64,000 nucleotides of DNA from assembly GCA_943787705.1 (NCBI GenBank), contig CALSNL010000002.1:451694-515693 (forward strand), read 5' to 3'. Below are positions 9,922 to 20,011 of the stretch, piece after piece. Under the pieces are notes generated by a model, which was given only the letters and a program-made list of their open reading frames with translations, was not told where the DNA came from and did not search any database. The first letter of the stretch is position 1. The number at the start of each line of letters is the position of its first letter. This DNA is from an uncultured Pseudomonadales bacterium (GTDB taxonomy: Bacteria; Pseudomonadota; Gammaproteobacteria; Pseudomonadales; UBA7434). Both the position numbers and the translations under genes were made by a program.

Positions 9922-11190
9922 TCATAAGCGTTCAATTTTATAGTGCACATGGTAGGGCGGCTTCAACACAAGATGACGGCGATAAGGTGTTATGGACTGA
10001 ATAGAAATCTGATTCATAGACCGTAAATAACTCGGCGTATTAAGACCTAACAAGCTATCTTCATTTGCGGTAATCCGATAACGGCCTTGGCGTAAAATAG
10101 GTGAGCGTACCTCTATATGATCTACCTTTCTTAGCAAACGATAACCATTAAATGGCGACGCTAAAGGTTCACCAATAAAATTTCCCTGCCCTGGCATATG
10201 CACGCTTTTCCAATAAGCTTCAAGCATTGTCGCACCAAACCCATAATGCCACATGGCCAACAAAGGATTAGGAAATTTTTGCACAAAGTTACAAGGCTCT
10301 ATAGCCGAGCCATAACTGCCCGTCGCCCCCGCTTCTAACCATCGCATTGCACTCATCTGATTAGAATCAGTTAACTGACCACCTGCCGAGGTCAAATGAT
10401 CGGCCATTGCGCCAGGTAAAAATGAAAGCGTTTCTAAATGCGGTACAGCTACCGCGCCCGTAAAATAGAATAAAATATCAGAGCGATTTTTTATTCCATC
10501 AGAATTTAAAATATGTAAATCATATGTATCTTTGAAATTTTTGTTTACCTCGTCAAAAAAAACATTACGAACTGAGCGTGTTTTATCTGACGTCGTCAAT
10601 AAAAAGGCTCGCCCCAATGGCTGCGTGTCATCGGAGGCAATACCACGATCAATTAACTGAGTCGCCTCTTGTGTATTTTTTGCAGCGAGCATCATGGTGG
10701 GTCGCATTTTAAAATCACGATAAGGCGCAACACTCATAGAATTATAATAAGGCGAGGTACGTGTTTTTGTGCAGCCGCTTGCACAATAGGCAACGTTATA
10801 GCCAAAAGTAAATGCCGCTGTCACACTCATACAGCCAACCTGATACGGCTTTTCCCACGCCAACGCTAATGCCTGAATATTATCGCCTAACTTAGCATCC
10901 AATAATTTTTTTTGCACAGCAAACTCACCGGGTCCAATAACGGTTTTATTCGCATCCAATGAAATACCAATAATATTCTCAAACGGTATTTTACGATGCT
11001 GCTGATAATAGTAAGCAATGTCTTCGCTTTTTTTATCTCCCTTAATATAAACTACCGCTAACTCTGATGGCTTTAAACCCACTTTCGGCAACTCAACAAA
11101 AAGCCCAACAGAAGCCATTATCTTTGAAGTAAAAAATAATAAAAGGAAAAAGGCGCTCTTAAAAAAAGCGTTTAGAGAAATTATATTCAC
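9922..11190 (-). CDS. secreted protein of unknown function (possibly TIGR03790-like; unverified recollection)
   Basis: 422 aa with a hydrophobic N-terminal signal-like segment. Conserved-looking block GAMADHLTSAGG...AGATGSYGSAIEPCN...KFPNP...EAYWKSV..PGQGNFIGEPLASPF. I recognise no catalytic family. Confidence 0.6.
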   Translation of the reverse strand: MNIISLNAFFKSAFFLLLFFTSKIMASVGLFVELPKVGLKPSELAVVYIKGDKKSEDIAYYYQQHRKIPFENIIGISLDANKTVIGPGEFAVQKKLLDAKLGDNIQALALAWEKPYQVGCMSVTAAFTFGYNVAYCASGCTKTRTSPYYNSMSVAPYRDFKMRPTMMLAAKNTQEATQLIDRGIASDDTQPLGRAFLLTTSDKTRSVRNVFFDEVNKNFKDTYDLHILNSDGIKNRSDILFYFTGAVAVPHLETLSFLPGAMADHLTSAGGQLTDSNQMSAMRWLEAGATGSYGSAIEPCNFVQKFPNPLLAMWHYGFGATMLEAYWKSVHMPGQGNFIGEPLASPFNGYRLLRKVDHIEVRSPILRQGRYRITANEDSLLGLNTPSYLRSMNQISIQSITPYRRHLVLKPPYHVHYKIERL

Positions 11191-11193
11191 GTG

Positions 11194-12033
11194 TTATAAA
11201 CTATTGCGAATAGATTGGATAACCGCATGCGTATCTGGCTTTACATTACGCCAAAGTCTAAAAGATTCTGCCGCCTGCTCAACTAACATACCTAAACCGT
11301 CAGCAATTTTTCTTGCTCCCTGCTTAGCGGCTAGCTGCAAGAAAGGCGTAGGTCCCTTTGCATACATCATGTCATAACAACAAGCACCGTTAAAACATTC
11401 ATTCGCTAATGGCAGAGTATCACCACTGAGACTTGCGCTAGTGCCATTAATAATAATATCGAAAGGCTCTGTCAGCTCATCATATTGCTTAGCACTTAAC
11501 TCACAGCCAGCATCGTTAGCCAACGGTTGAAAAGCGCGACTTAATTGCTCGGCTTTTTCAAGCGTGCGGTTAGCAATCACAATGGATGCTGGTTTAGCCA
11601 ATAATAACGGTTCAAGAATGCCGCGCACAGCGCCGCCCGCACCTAAAACTAAAATATTGGCGCGCTCAATAGGCCACTGCAAATTACTTTGCAAATCGGC
11701 TAACAAACCACAGCCATCAGTATTATCACCAACAATAATGCCGCCTTTATTTATTAAGGTATTCACTGCACCTGCGCGTCGCGCTCGCTCACTTAATTGA
11801 TCAGCAAACTGATAAGCGTCTAATTTAAACGGTACGGTAATATTTAAACCCGCACCCTCACTGTCAAAAAAAGCGCGAGCACTGACTTCAAACTCACCCA
11901 GCGCCACAAGCTGCCGCTGATAATTCATCGCTTGTTTTAATTGCTCAGCAAACTGCTGATGAATATCCGGCGATCGGCTATGCTCAATTGGATTTCCAAA
12001 CACAGCGTAAGAATTTTTATTTACATCGTTCAT
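11194..12033 (-). CDS. aroE: shikimate dehydrogenase
   Basis: 279 aa. Motifs FGNPIEHSRSPDIH, NITVPFK, GAGGAVRGI. Confidence 0.95.
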   Translation of the reverse strand: MNDVNKNSYAVFGNPIEHSRSPDIHQQFAEQLKQAMNYQRQLVALGEFEVSARAFFDSEGAGLNITVPFKLDAYQFADQLSERARRAGAVNTLINKGGIIVGDNTDGCGLLADLQSNLQWPIERANILVLGAGGAVRGILEPLLLAKPASIVIANRTLEKAEQLSRAFQPLANDAGCELSAKQYDELTEPFDIIINGTSASLSGDTLPLANECFNGACCYDMMYAKGPTPFLQLAAKQGARKIADGLGMLVEQAAESFRLWRNVKPDTHAVIQSIRNSL

Positions 12034-12089
12034 TATTTATTTTCTTCGCTCTCAATTGTTATTGCTTTACGCAGCTATAAAAATTTATT

Positions 12090-13034
<945 letters not shown>

Positions 13035-13091
13035 TTAATTGAATTTTGTATTTTGAGTACGGGGTAATGCTTCTAATTAATAGCGCAAAGT

Positions 13092-13688
13092 CTAACGTAA
13101 AACATCGCCTGTCACTAAATCGCGAATTGCTGAAGTCACACCACTACGATTTACCTTACCACTTAAATAAACAGGAATCTGCTTGCCAAAATAATGTCGT
13201 GTAGCCAGCTGCGTTAATGCGGGAGCTTGCTTAGTGGGATTAGCTGATGTCGAGACGATCATACCGCCAAAGGCCTGACAAAGCGCGGCAACCATAGGGT
13301 GCTTAGAAATACGCACTGCCACAGTATCATGCGCGCCGGTAATCCAATAAGGAATATGGCCATTTGCTGGTATTAACCAAGTTGTTGGTCGATAGTCAGC
13401 TGATGGCTTCGTATTATCGCTGCTAACGGATTGCTTTAACTGAGAAAGCTGCGCATCAGACAGGGACGACAGTAAGGGCGAGAGTTGATTAAGATTGGCG
13501 GCCACGAGAATAAGACCTTTGTCCATTGGCCGATTTTTTAATGCCAACAAACGATCAACTGCATCAGCATTGAAAGGGTCGCAGCCTAAGCCCCAGACCC
13601 CTTCCGTTGGATAGGCAATCACTTCACCATGCTTGAGTGCAGATAAGGCTTTTTCTAACTGCCAACGGCCTGGCGCACTCATAAGCAA
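13092..13688 (-). CDS. tsaC: L-threonylcarbamoyladenylate synthase type 1
   Basis: 198 aa YrdC-domain protein: VIAYPTEGVWGLGCDP...KNRPMDKGLILV...STSANP. The start abuts the purE stop. Confidence 0.92.
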   Translation of the reverse strand: MLMSAPGRWQLEKALSALKHGEVIAYPTEGVWGLGCDPFNADAVDRLLALKNRPMDKGLILVAANLNQLSPLLSSLSDAQLSQLKQSVSSDNTKPSADYRPTTWLIPANGHIPYWITGAHDTVAVRISKHPMVAALCQAFGGMIVSTSANPTKQAPALTQLATRHYFGKQIPVYLSGKVNRSGVTSAIRDLVTGDVLR

Positions 13689-14192
13689 TTATTTGGCGAG
13701 TTGAGCCTGAAGTGCAGCATCTTTAGCTTCAACAGCTTTAGCACACTCTGCACGCTCAGCTTTAACGCGAGCAGCAAGGTCCGCATCAGCCGTCGCAAGT
13801 ATTTGCGCCGCTAGGTAAGCTGCGTTTTTTGCGCCCGCTTTACCAATTGCTACTGTTGCCACTGGAATTCCACCTGGCATTTGAACCGTCGATAACAATG
13901 CATCCATTCCTTGAAGCGAAGCATTAATAGGCACGCCAATAACGGGCTTAGTCGTATTAGCAGCGACAGCACCGGCCAAATGCGCGGCCATACCAGCAGC
14001 GGCAATAAAGACGCCACATCCACGTTGGTCAGCACCGGTCACATAGTCATGGGTTGCCTGCGGCGTTCGATGCGCTGAAGATACTTTGACTTCTGTACGA
14101 ATCGCAAATTTAGCCAAGGTATCAATAGCTGGCTGCATTTGCGGTAAATCGCTATCTGAACCCATTAATATGGCAACAAAAACTTCACTCAT
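13689..14192 (-). CDS. purE: 5-(carboxyamino)imidazole ribonucleotide mutase
   Basis: 167 aa. Motifs ILMGSDSDLPQM, SAHRTP, IAAAGMAAHLAG. Confidence 0.96.
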   Translation of the reverse strand: MSEVFVAILMGSDSDLPQMQPAIDTLAKFAIRTEVKVSSAHRTPQATHDYVTGADQRGCGVFIAAAGMAAHLAGAVAANTTKPVIGVPINASLQGMDALLSTVQMPGGIPVATVAIGKAGAKNAAYLAAQILATADADLAARVKAERAECAKAVEAKDAALQAQLAK

Positions 14193-14306
14193 GACATTAC
14201 TCTCTATATTTACTATTTATTAAAACCGAATATTTATACTTAAGAAGCCGCGCAAATTACAGAAAAATGAGGCAGGTTTCAAGCGTCAAAAGGCTATCTA
14301 TCGATA

Positions 14307-15581
14307 TTATCGGCTATACAGCCCTCCGACCACGGTAACGATGCCTTGAAGCTCTAAATCCACCAATATCGCGCTCAAGGTATCCACATTTCGCTCTACT
14401 CTCGCCTCAATAAGCTCATATGGCACCGGATCATAGCCAATAGCCTCTAGCACTATGCGCATTTCGGCAGATAATCCCGCTAACAATTCTGCTTCAGCTT
14501 GCTTTAACGCCATCTCATCAGCTTTTTTATCGCTTTCAGTTTGCGCCGAAGCTAACCCCTGAGCAAGCTGCAATGCATTAATAGCGGTTAACACATCTTC
14601 GGCACTTTCTATTAATGTGGCGCCCTCTTTTATTAACTGATGGCAGCCAGCACTTAAGGGATTTTGAATGGAGCCAGGCACAGCAAACACTTCTCGGTTC
14701 TGTTCGGCAGCATAATTAGCTGTAATTAAAGAGCCACTCGGAAGCGCAGCTTGCACGACAATCACGCCTAAACTAATGCCAGAAACGAGGCGATTTCGCC
14801 GCGGAAAATAAACCGGCTTTGCTGCCGTGCCCAATGGCATTTCGGTAATCACGCAGCCATTTTCGAGAATCTTTTCTGCCAGTAATTGGTGGTTTCTAGG
14901 ATAAACGACATCCAATCCTGCCGCCCAAACGGCCGTTGTTTTACCGCCCGCTTTCAGTGTCCCTCTGTGTGCCGCCGCGTCAATACCGGTTGCCATACCA
15001 CTAGTAATTAACAAACCTGCATTTGATAACTCGGCCGCTAAATGCTCAGTAAACTGCTGCGCACCCGGACTCGGTTTGCGAGTGCCAACTATCGATATAG
15101 ACATTGATTTAAAAGTATTTATTTGCCCTGCTAAATAAATCATCTGCGGGCAGTCGGGTAATTCCTTCAATAGCGATGGGAAGCGTGGATCATCTCGAAC
15201 CAGCACATGGCTACCCGTTTGAACCAACCAATCTAAGCTTTGCTCAGCTAATTGCCACTGCTTAACACCACGAGGATCCTTCAAAAATCGTTGTAATTTT
15301 TGACGGCAGGGGGCACGTAAACCCGCCACTTCCAGAGGATCAATCGCTCCCCCTATTAATGCATCAATAGAGCCCGCTTTGGCTAATAACAATGACAAGC
15401 TAACCGGTCCTAGCTCATCAATATGCTGAAGCGCAATAAGCGCCGTTAACTGTTCACGGGAGTAGGGGCAGTCATCATTAATATTAGATTTCGAACTAGA
15501 GGAGGTTTCACTGCGAGGCAGCCAAATAGCTGCTGATTTTTTATCAGAAATAGCGTTATTCATAAGATCATCCTTGATCAT
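14307..15581 (-). CDS. dprA: DNA-processing protein DprA (Smf)
   Basis: 424 aa. Motifs IVGTRKPSPGAQ, SGMATGIDAAAH, YPRNH, FPRRNRLVSG. Conserved position opposite def. Confidence 0.93.
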   Translation of the reverse strand: MIKDDLMNNAISDKKSAAIWLPRSETSSSSKSNINDDCPYSREQLTALIALQHIDELGPVSLSLLLAKAGSIDALIGGAIDPLEVAGLRAPCRQKLQRFLKDPRGVKQWQLAEQSLDWLVQTGSHVLVRDDPRFPSLLKELPDCPQMIYLAGQINTFKSMSISIVGTRKPSPGAQQFTEHLAAELSNAGLLITSGMATGIDAAAHRGTLKAGGKTTAVWAAGLDVVYPRNHQLLAEKILENGCVITEMPLGTAAKPVYFPRRNRLVSGISLGVIVVQAALPSGSLITANYAAEQNREVFAVPGSIQNPLSAGCHQLIKEGATLIESAEDVLTAINALQLAQGLASAQTESDKKADEMALKQAEAELLAGLSAEMRIVLEAIGYDPVPYELIEARVERNVDTLSAILVDLELQGIVTVVGGLYSR

Positions 15582-15732
15582 ATTAAGGGGAAGAGTGCTG
15601 AGTCCATCATTGAGAATCTACCGTTTAGACTCTCAATAATTTTTATTTACTTAAGGATTAGTTACCTCATCAAAAACAGACAACGGTCGCTCGGCTTCAA
15701 GAATAAGACCGTAGCTCAACTTTTCAAATACT

Positions 15733-16677
15733 TTAAAAACGATTAACAAGTCCTGCGCGCTCACTGGGCAAATTCACTCGACCTTTACCCACTCTGTCGC
15801 GAATAGTCTTGCCTGCCTGGTTAATCCCCAATACATCACCGGTGGCCAAACCTTCTCGCTCACCGCGATTAATCGCCACAACATCATAGCGACCAATACT
15901 GGCTACGCCGCCTTCAACAGCAATAATCACCCCATCAACATCATCATTAGGGGCTTTAGGGTAAAAGATTGAATTCACTTCTTCATCGGCAAAGGCTAAA
16001 AATCGATCGCCAATACGGACTTCTTCGCTGCTGCTATTCAATAAAATACTGGTGACGCCTTCTTCTTCATCTTCGGCAACAATTCGGCCAGTACCAATTT
16101 CAAGCGCTTGAATGCCCAGTTTTTCGCGGGTTTCAGGGTCAACAAAGGTTTCACCTTCACGATAAATCCCATAAAACTTGGTTGCTGGATCAAATTCACC
16201 GCGCGCATAAATACGATCACCGGCGGCACTAATAATGCGATTGCCAGACACCGCTAAGACATAAGGTGCCATTTCGAGCGTCTCCTTTTCGACGACTCGG
16301 CTACGTGACAGAAAAGAACTAATCGCATCGAGTGGAATGGCCGGAATAGCCGCTCCCAGTGGCGATGTACGCATTTGCGGCGTCAGCTTAACCGAGCCAC
16401 GATTCACCACTAAGCGAGGTTTACCGTCTAAATAGATTAACGACAATATATCACCAGGATAAATAAGGTGAGGGTTATTAACCTGCGGATTTGCCTGCCA
16501 AATTTCCGGCCATAACCAAGGCGTTTGGAGATACATTTCTGAGATATCCCATAATGTATCGCCAGTCTTAACCGTATAAGTCCCCGGATGATTCTCGCGC
16601 AATTCAAGCGCTGCTAAAGCCCACTGCCCATGCATAAAGGCGGCACATACAACCAAGCCAAGCCAAAATTTGTTCAT
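15733..16677 (-). CDS. LysM peptidoglycan-binding protein (TsaP-like, as found beside dprA in Pseudomonas)
   Basis: The track ORF runs to 16875. The signal peptide starts at the internal MNKFWLGLVVCAAFMHGQWALA (ATG 16677). LysM segment YTVKTGDTLWDISEMYLQTPWLWPEIWQANPQVNNPHLIYPGD. Confidence 0.85.
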   Translation of the reverse strand: MNKFWLGLVVCAAFMHGQWALAALELRENHPGTYTVKTGDTLWDISEMYLQTPWLWPEIWQANPQVNNPHLIYPGDILSLIYLDGKPRLVVNRGSVKLTPQMRTSPLGAAIPAIPLDAISSFLSRSRVVEKETLEMAPYVLAVSGNRIISAAGDRIYARGEFDPATKFYGIYREGETFVDPETREKLGIQALEIGTGRIVAEDEEEGVTSILLNSSSEEVRIGDRFLAFADEEVNSIFYPKAPNDDVDGVIIAVEGGVASIGRYDVVAINRGEREGLATGDVLGINQAGKTIRDRVGKGRVNLPSERAGLVNRF

Positions 16678-16812
16678 TTGAATGTCCTTTCCAAGCCAAT
16701 ATTGATCTAAGTGACTGCTTCTTATCGTGTAGTTGAAGTAACTGCGACAGAAAAGAGCGATAATCGTTGCAAAAAAACCGTTTATTATTCGGTTAACACT
16801 GGCAAACTTCCG

Positions 16813-16906
16813 GTGCAATCTTCTAGCCACGATCTGTATAATATAGCAGTCATGACCCGCCTTAACGGTAAGCATTCTCTATAAATGCAGGCCATGACTG
16901 GTTTTT
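16813..16906 (+). promoter_or_regulatory. candidate extended -10 promoter followed by a hairpin and T-run (leader, attenuator or small RNA upstream of def)
   Basis: TGTATAAT at 16835-16842 with a weak -35 (GTGCAA/TGCAAT). Imperfect 11 bp stem CAGTCATGACC (16847-16857) pairs with GGCCATGACTG (16890-16900), followed by TTTTT at 16902-16906. About 170 nt upstream of the def ATG. Confidence 0.3.
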
Positions 16907-17075
16907 GCGGGCTGGCCGCACAGCAACGTGATCGCCATCGTTACAAATTTTGATTCACGTCACAAAACGGATTAGGGCCAAAGTTCCTCACCATTAAAAG
17001 TGTTAGTGAAGTCCTGCAAAGACAAAACATTAGAATATTAGCAAACTGAATTTTATTAATAGAAATAGACAAACC

Positions 17076-17573
17076 ATGGCCATACTCGATATCTTAGAAT
17101 TTCCCGATCCTCAGCTCAGAACGATTGCTCGTCCTGTCAAAGAGGTGGATGCGCGCATTCAGCAATTGATCAGCGATATGACTGAAACCATGTATGACGC
17201 TGAAGGTATTGGCCTTGCCGCGACTCAAGTTAATGTGCACAGACAAGTTGTTGTTATCGATGTTTCTGAAGAGCGCGATACTCCCCTCGTTTTTATCAAT
17301 CCCAGTATTGAAGTACTCGACCCAGAATTACACAGCTATCAAGAAGGCTGCTTATCTGTACCTGGATACTATGAAGAAGTATCACGGCCGACTGGCGTTA
17401 AAGTAAAAGCGTTAAATGAAAAAGGTGAGTCCTTTGAAATCATCACCGATGGTTTACTTGCTGTATGTGTACAGCATGAAATGGATCATCTTAACGGTAA
17501 ACTATTTGTTGATTATATTTCTGCCCTTAAGCGCAATCGTATAAAACAGAAACTACAAAAAGAGCGCCGCTAA
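17076..17573 (+). CDS. def: peptide deformylase
   Basis: 165 aa. Motifs [21 protein letters not shown]. Confidence 0.97.
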   Translation: MAILDILEFPDPQLRTIARPVKEVDARIQQLISDMTETMYDAEGIGLAATQVNVHRQVVVIDVSEERDTPLVFINPSIEVLDPELHSYQEGCLSVPGYYEEVSRPTGVKVKALNEKGESFEIITDGLLAVCVQHEMDHLNGKLFVDYISALKRNRIKQKLQKERR

Positions 17574-17625
17574 ATTTATTTATTCGCTTTCTTGCTATTC
17601 ACTTAAGCCATCGACAGGTAAAAAC

Positions 17626-18585
17626 TTGCGCATTATTTTTGCTGGTACTCCGCAATTTTCAGCAGACCATTTACAAGCCTTATTAGATCAAGGCCAACAT
17701 CAAGTGGTCGCCGTTTACACGCAGCCCGACCGCCGCTCAGGTCGTGGGAAAAAACTGCAAGCTTCGCCGGTTAAAAAAATTGCCGAACAAGCTAATATCC
17801 CCGTATTACAACCACTGACATTAAAAGACGAAGACGCATTGCAAGCGCTCGCGCAACTCAATGCCGACGTGATGATTGTTGCCGCTTATGGATTATTACT
17901 TCCTCAAGCCGCATTAGATACGCCGAAGTTTGGTTGCATTAATATTCATGCTTCTTTATTACCGCGCTGGCGCGGTGCAGCACCTATCGAAAGAGCTATT
18001 ATTGCTGGCGACCCCATCAGCGGCATTACTATTATGCAAATGGCGATTGGCCTAGACACTGGAGACATGCTATTTAAATCTTCCTGTGATATTACCGACG
18101 ATGAAACGGGCGACAGCTTGCGCAGCAAGATGACAGCGTTAGGTATTCCATTATTATTTAAAACGCTCTCCGCCATTGATGCTCAAACATTAGCGCCTGA
18201 ACCACAAAACGATAGCGACAGTAATTACGCTGTAAAAATAGATAAAAAAGAAGCCTTAATCAACTGGCATGAATCGGCAGAACATATTAATCGCAAAATT
18301 CGCGCGTTTACCTCTGCCATGGGTTGCCATACTTTTTTAAATGATCAGCGTATTCGCATTATTAAAGCTCTGCCAATGCCGAGCAGCAACAAGGCTATTG
18401 CCGGCAGTGTTATTGCCATTAATAAAAAAACCATTACTGTGCAATGCCATAACAGTTGCCTTGAAATCTCTATGGTGCAAATACCTGGCGCCAAAGCCAT
18501 GGATATTGCCTCCCTTCTCAATGGCCGACCCGATTTTTTTAGTCTCGGCGATTGTTTTTCCTCGCCTATAGAAAGCGAGCAATAA
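17626..18585 (+). CDS. fmt: methionyl-tRNA formyltransferase
   Basis: 319 aa with a TTG start. Motifs IIFAGTPQF and HASLLPRWRGAAPI. Confidence 0.96.
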   Translation: MRIIFAGTPQFSADHLQALLDQGQHQVVAVYTQPDRRSGRGKKLQASPVKKIAEQANIPVLQPLTLKDEDALQALAQLNADVMIVAAYGLLLPQAALDTPKFGCINIHASLLPRWRGAAPIERAIIAGDPISGITIMQMAIGLDTGDMLFKSSCDITDDETGDSLRSKMTALGIPLLFKTLSAIDAQTLAPEPQNDSDSNYAVKIDKKEALINWHESAEHINRKIRAFTSAMGCHTFLNDQRIRIIKALPMPSSNKAIAGSVIAINKKTITVQCHNSCLEISMVQIPGAKAMDIASLLNGRPDFFSLGDCFSSPIESEQ

Positions 18586-18589
18586 TGTA

Positions 18590-19933
18590 ATGAAAGATGT
18601 GCGTGCGCTAGCCGCCAAAGCCCTTGCTCGAGTTATTAGTCAGGGAGAATCTTTTTCTGCAGATATCGATGCGCTTTCTAATTCTCAATCCACTAACGAT
18701 GCTAAAGCGCATGAGAGCACTGACGTCGAAAATAAAGACCGTGCTTTTTATCGTGAGCTTTGCTTTGGTACCTTGCGTCATTTTCATCGACTCGATGCAC
18801 AATTAAAACCCTTATTGAAAAAACCGTTTAGCCAAAAAGACGCAGACATTTACGCCTTACTTCTCACCGGTTTATATCAATTACTCTATTTACGCACACC
18901 CGATCACGCCGCCATTAGTGCTAGCGTTGACGCAGCAAAAAAATTGAAGAAGCCGTGGGCAAGTGGCTTAGTGAATGCGGTACTGAGAAATTTTTTACGT
19001 CAGCAAGCGGAGCCAAGTAACGCTAAACCATTGAGTCCGGCAGCCGATGTCAGCCACCCCAATTGGTTATTTAAGAAAATAAAGAAAGATTGGCCAGAAC
19101 ATTCGCAGGCGCTTTTCGATTACAACAATAGCGCGCCAGCTATGTCGCTGCGCGTCAACTTAGCTAAAAATAGTCGTGATGATTATCAACAACAATTAAC
19201 TGCTGCAGGTATCGAAACCGAACTCGATCCCAACAGCCCATCTGGGCTGCGATTAATACAAGCGGTGGCCGTAAGCGAATTGCCCGACTTTGAGCAAGGC
19301 GCGGTTAGCGTGCAAGATCCCGGTGCTCAGTTAGCCGCTTTATTGCTCGATGTTCAAGGACCAATGCAAGTACTCGATGCCTGCGCTGCACCCGGCGGAA
19401 AAACCATACATACGCTAGAGTCAGCAGCAGACTGCCAATTAACCGCCATTGATAGCAGTAGTGAGCGCCTACTTAGAGTAAAAGAGAATCTTGCTCGCTA
19501 CCAATTGTCAGCTCGCTGCATTACTGCTGATGCAGCAGCGACGGACACTTGGTGGGACGAACAGCCCTTTGATCGCATCTTGCTCGATGCGCCTTGTTCA
19601 GGCACCGGTATTATCAGCCATCATCCCGATATCAAGTTTTTGCGCCGCTCCGGCGATTTAGCGCAGTTTGCCGAACAGCAAACAACCCTACTTAATAAGC
19701 TTTGGCCACTATTAAAAGACGGCGGCCAACTCCTCTATTGCACCTGTTCGATAATGCCTGAAGAGAACGCAGCGGTTATTGATGCTTTCTTAACTCAGAC
19801 GCCTTCGGCCAAAGCGTTACCGATTGATGCTCAATGGGGTGTTATCAGCGGATCAGGACGCCAACTACTACCAAATAAGGGCAAAAACGGCGGTTTTTTC
19901 TACGCAAGACTTAGCAAGTCTGCCACGCTTTAG
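18590..19933 (+). CDS. rsmB: 16S rRNA (cytosine967-C5)-methyltransferase
   Basis: 447 aa. NusB-like N-domain plus the SAM methyltransferase motifs DACAAPGGKT and LLDAPCSGTG...LLYCTCS. Confidence 0.94.
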   Translation: MKDVRALAAKALARVISQGESFSADIDALSNSQSTNDAKAHESTDVENKDRAFYRELCFGTLRHFHRLDAQLKPLLKKPFSQKDADIYALLLTGLYQLLYLRTPDHAAISASVDAAKKLKKPWASGLVNAVLRNFLRQQAEPSNAKPLSPAADVSHPNWLFKKIKKDWPEHSQALFDYNNSAPAMSLRVNLAKNSRDDYQQQLTAAGIETELDPNSPSGLRLIQAVAVSELPDFEQGAVSVQDPGAQLAALLLDVQGPMQVLDACAAPGGKTIHTLESAADCQLTAIDSSSERLLRVKENLARYQLSARCITADAAATDTWWDEQPFDRILLDAPCSGTGIISHHPDIKFLRRSGDLAQFAEQQTTLLNKLWPLLKDGGQLLYCTCSIMPEENAAVIDAFLTQTPSAKALPIDAQWGVISGSGRQLLPNKGKNGGFFYARLSKSATL

Positions 19934-20011
19934 TACGCTTAAACATATAGCATTTTAATGACCGTGTTGGTGATATTTCATTCAGCCGGCAAATAAGATA
20001 AAGCAGATAAC

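Noticed and set aside
15615-15660. Hairpin ATTGAGA-N15-TCTCAAT followed by a T-rich run between dprA and the LysM gene, considered as a terminator
   Set aside because: The T-run is on the plus strand, but both flanking genes are on the minus strand, so it has no obvious function and may be fortuitous.
16678-16875. N-terminal 66 aa extension of the LysM protein ORF. Similar long 5' extensions were considered for the MATE (7420-7578), yheV (9204-9356), gyrB (29445-29498) and coxB (7036-7059) ORFs.
   Set aside because: The homologous N-termini or signal peptides start at the internal Met codons. The extensions lack homology logic and overlap intergenic promoter regions.
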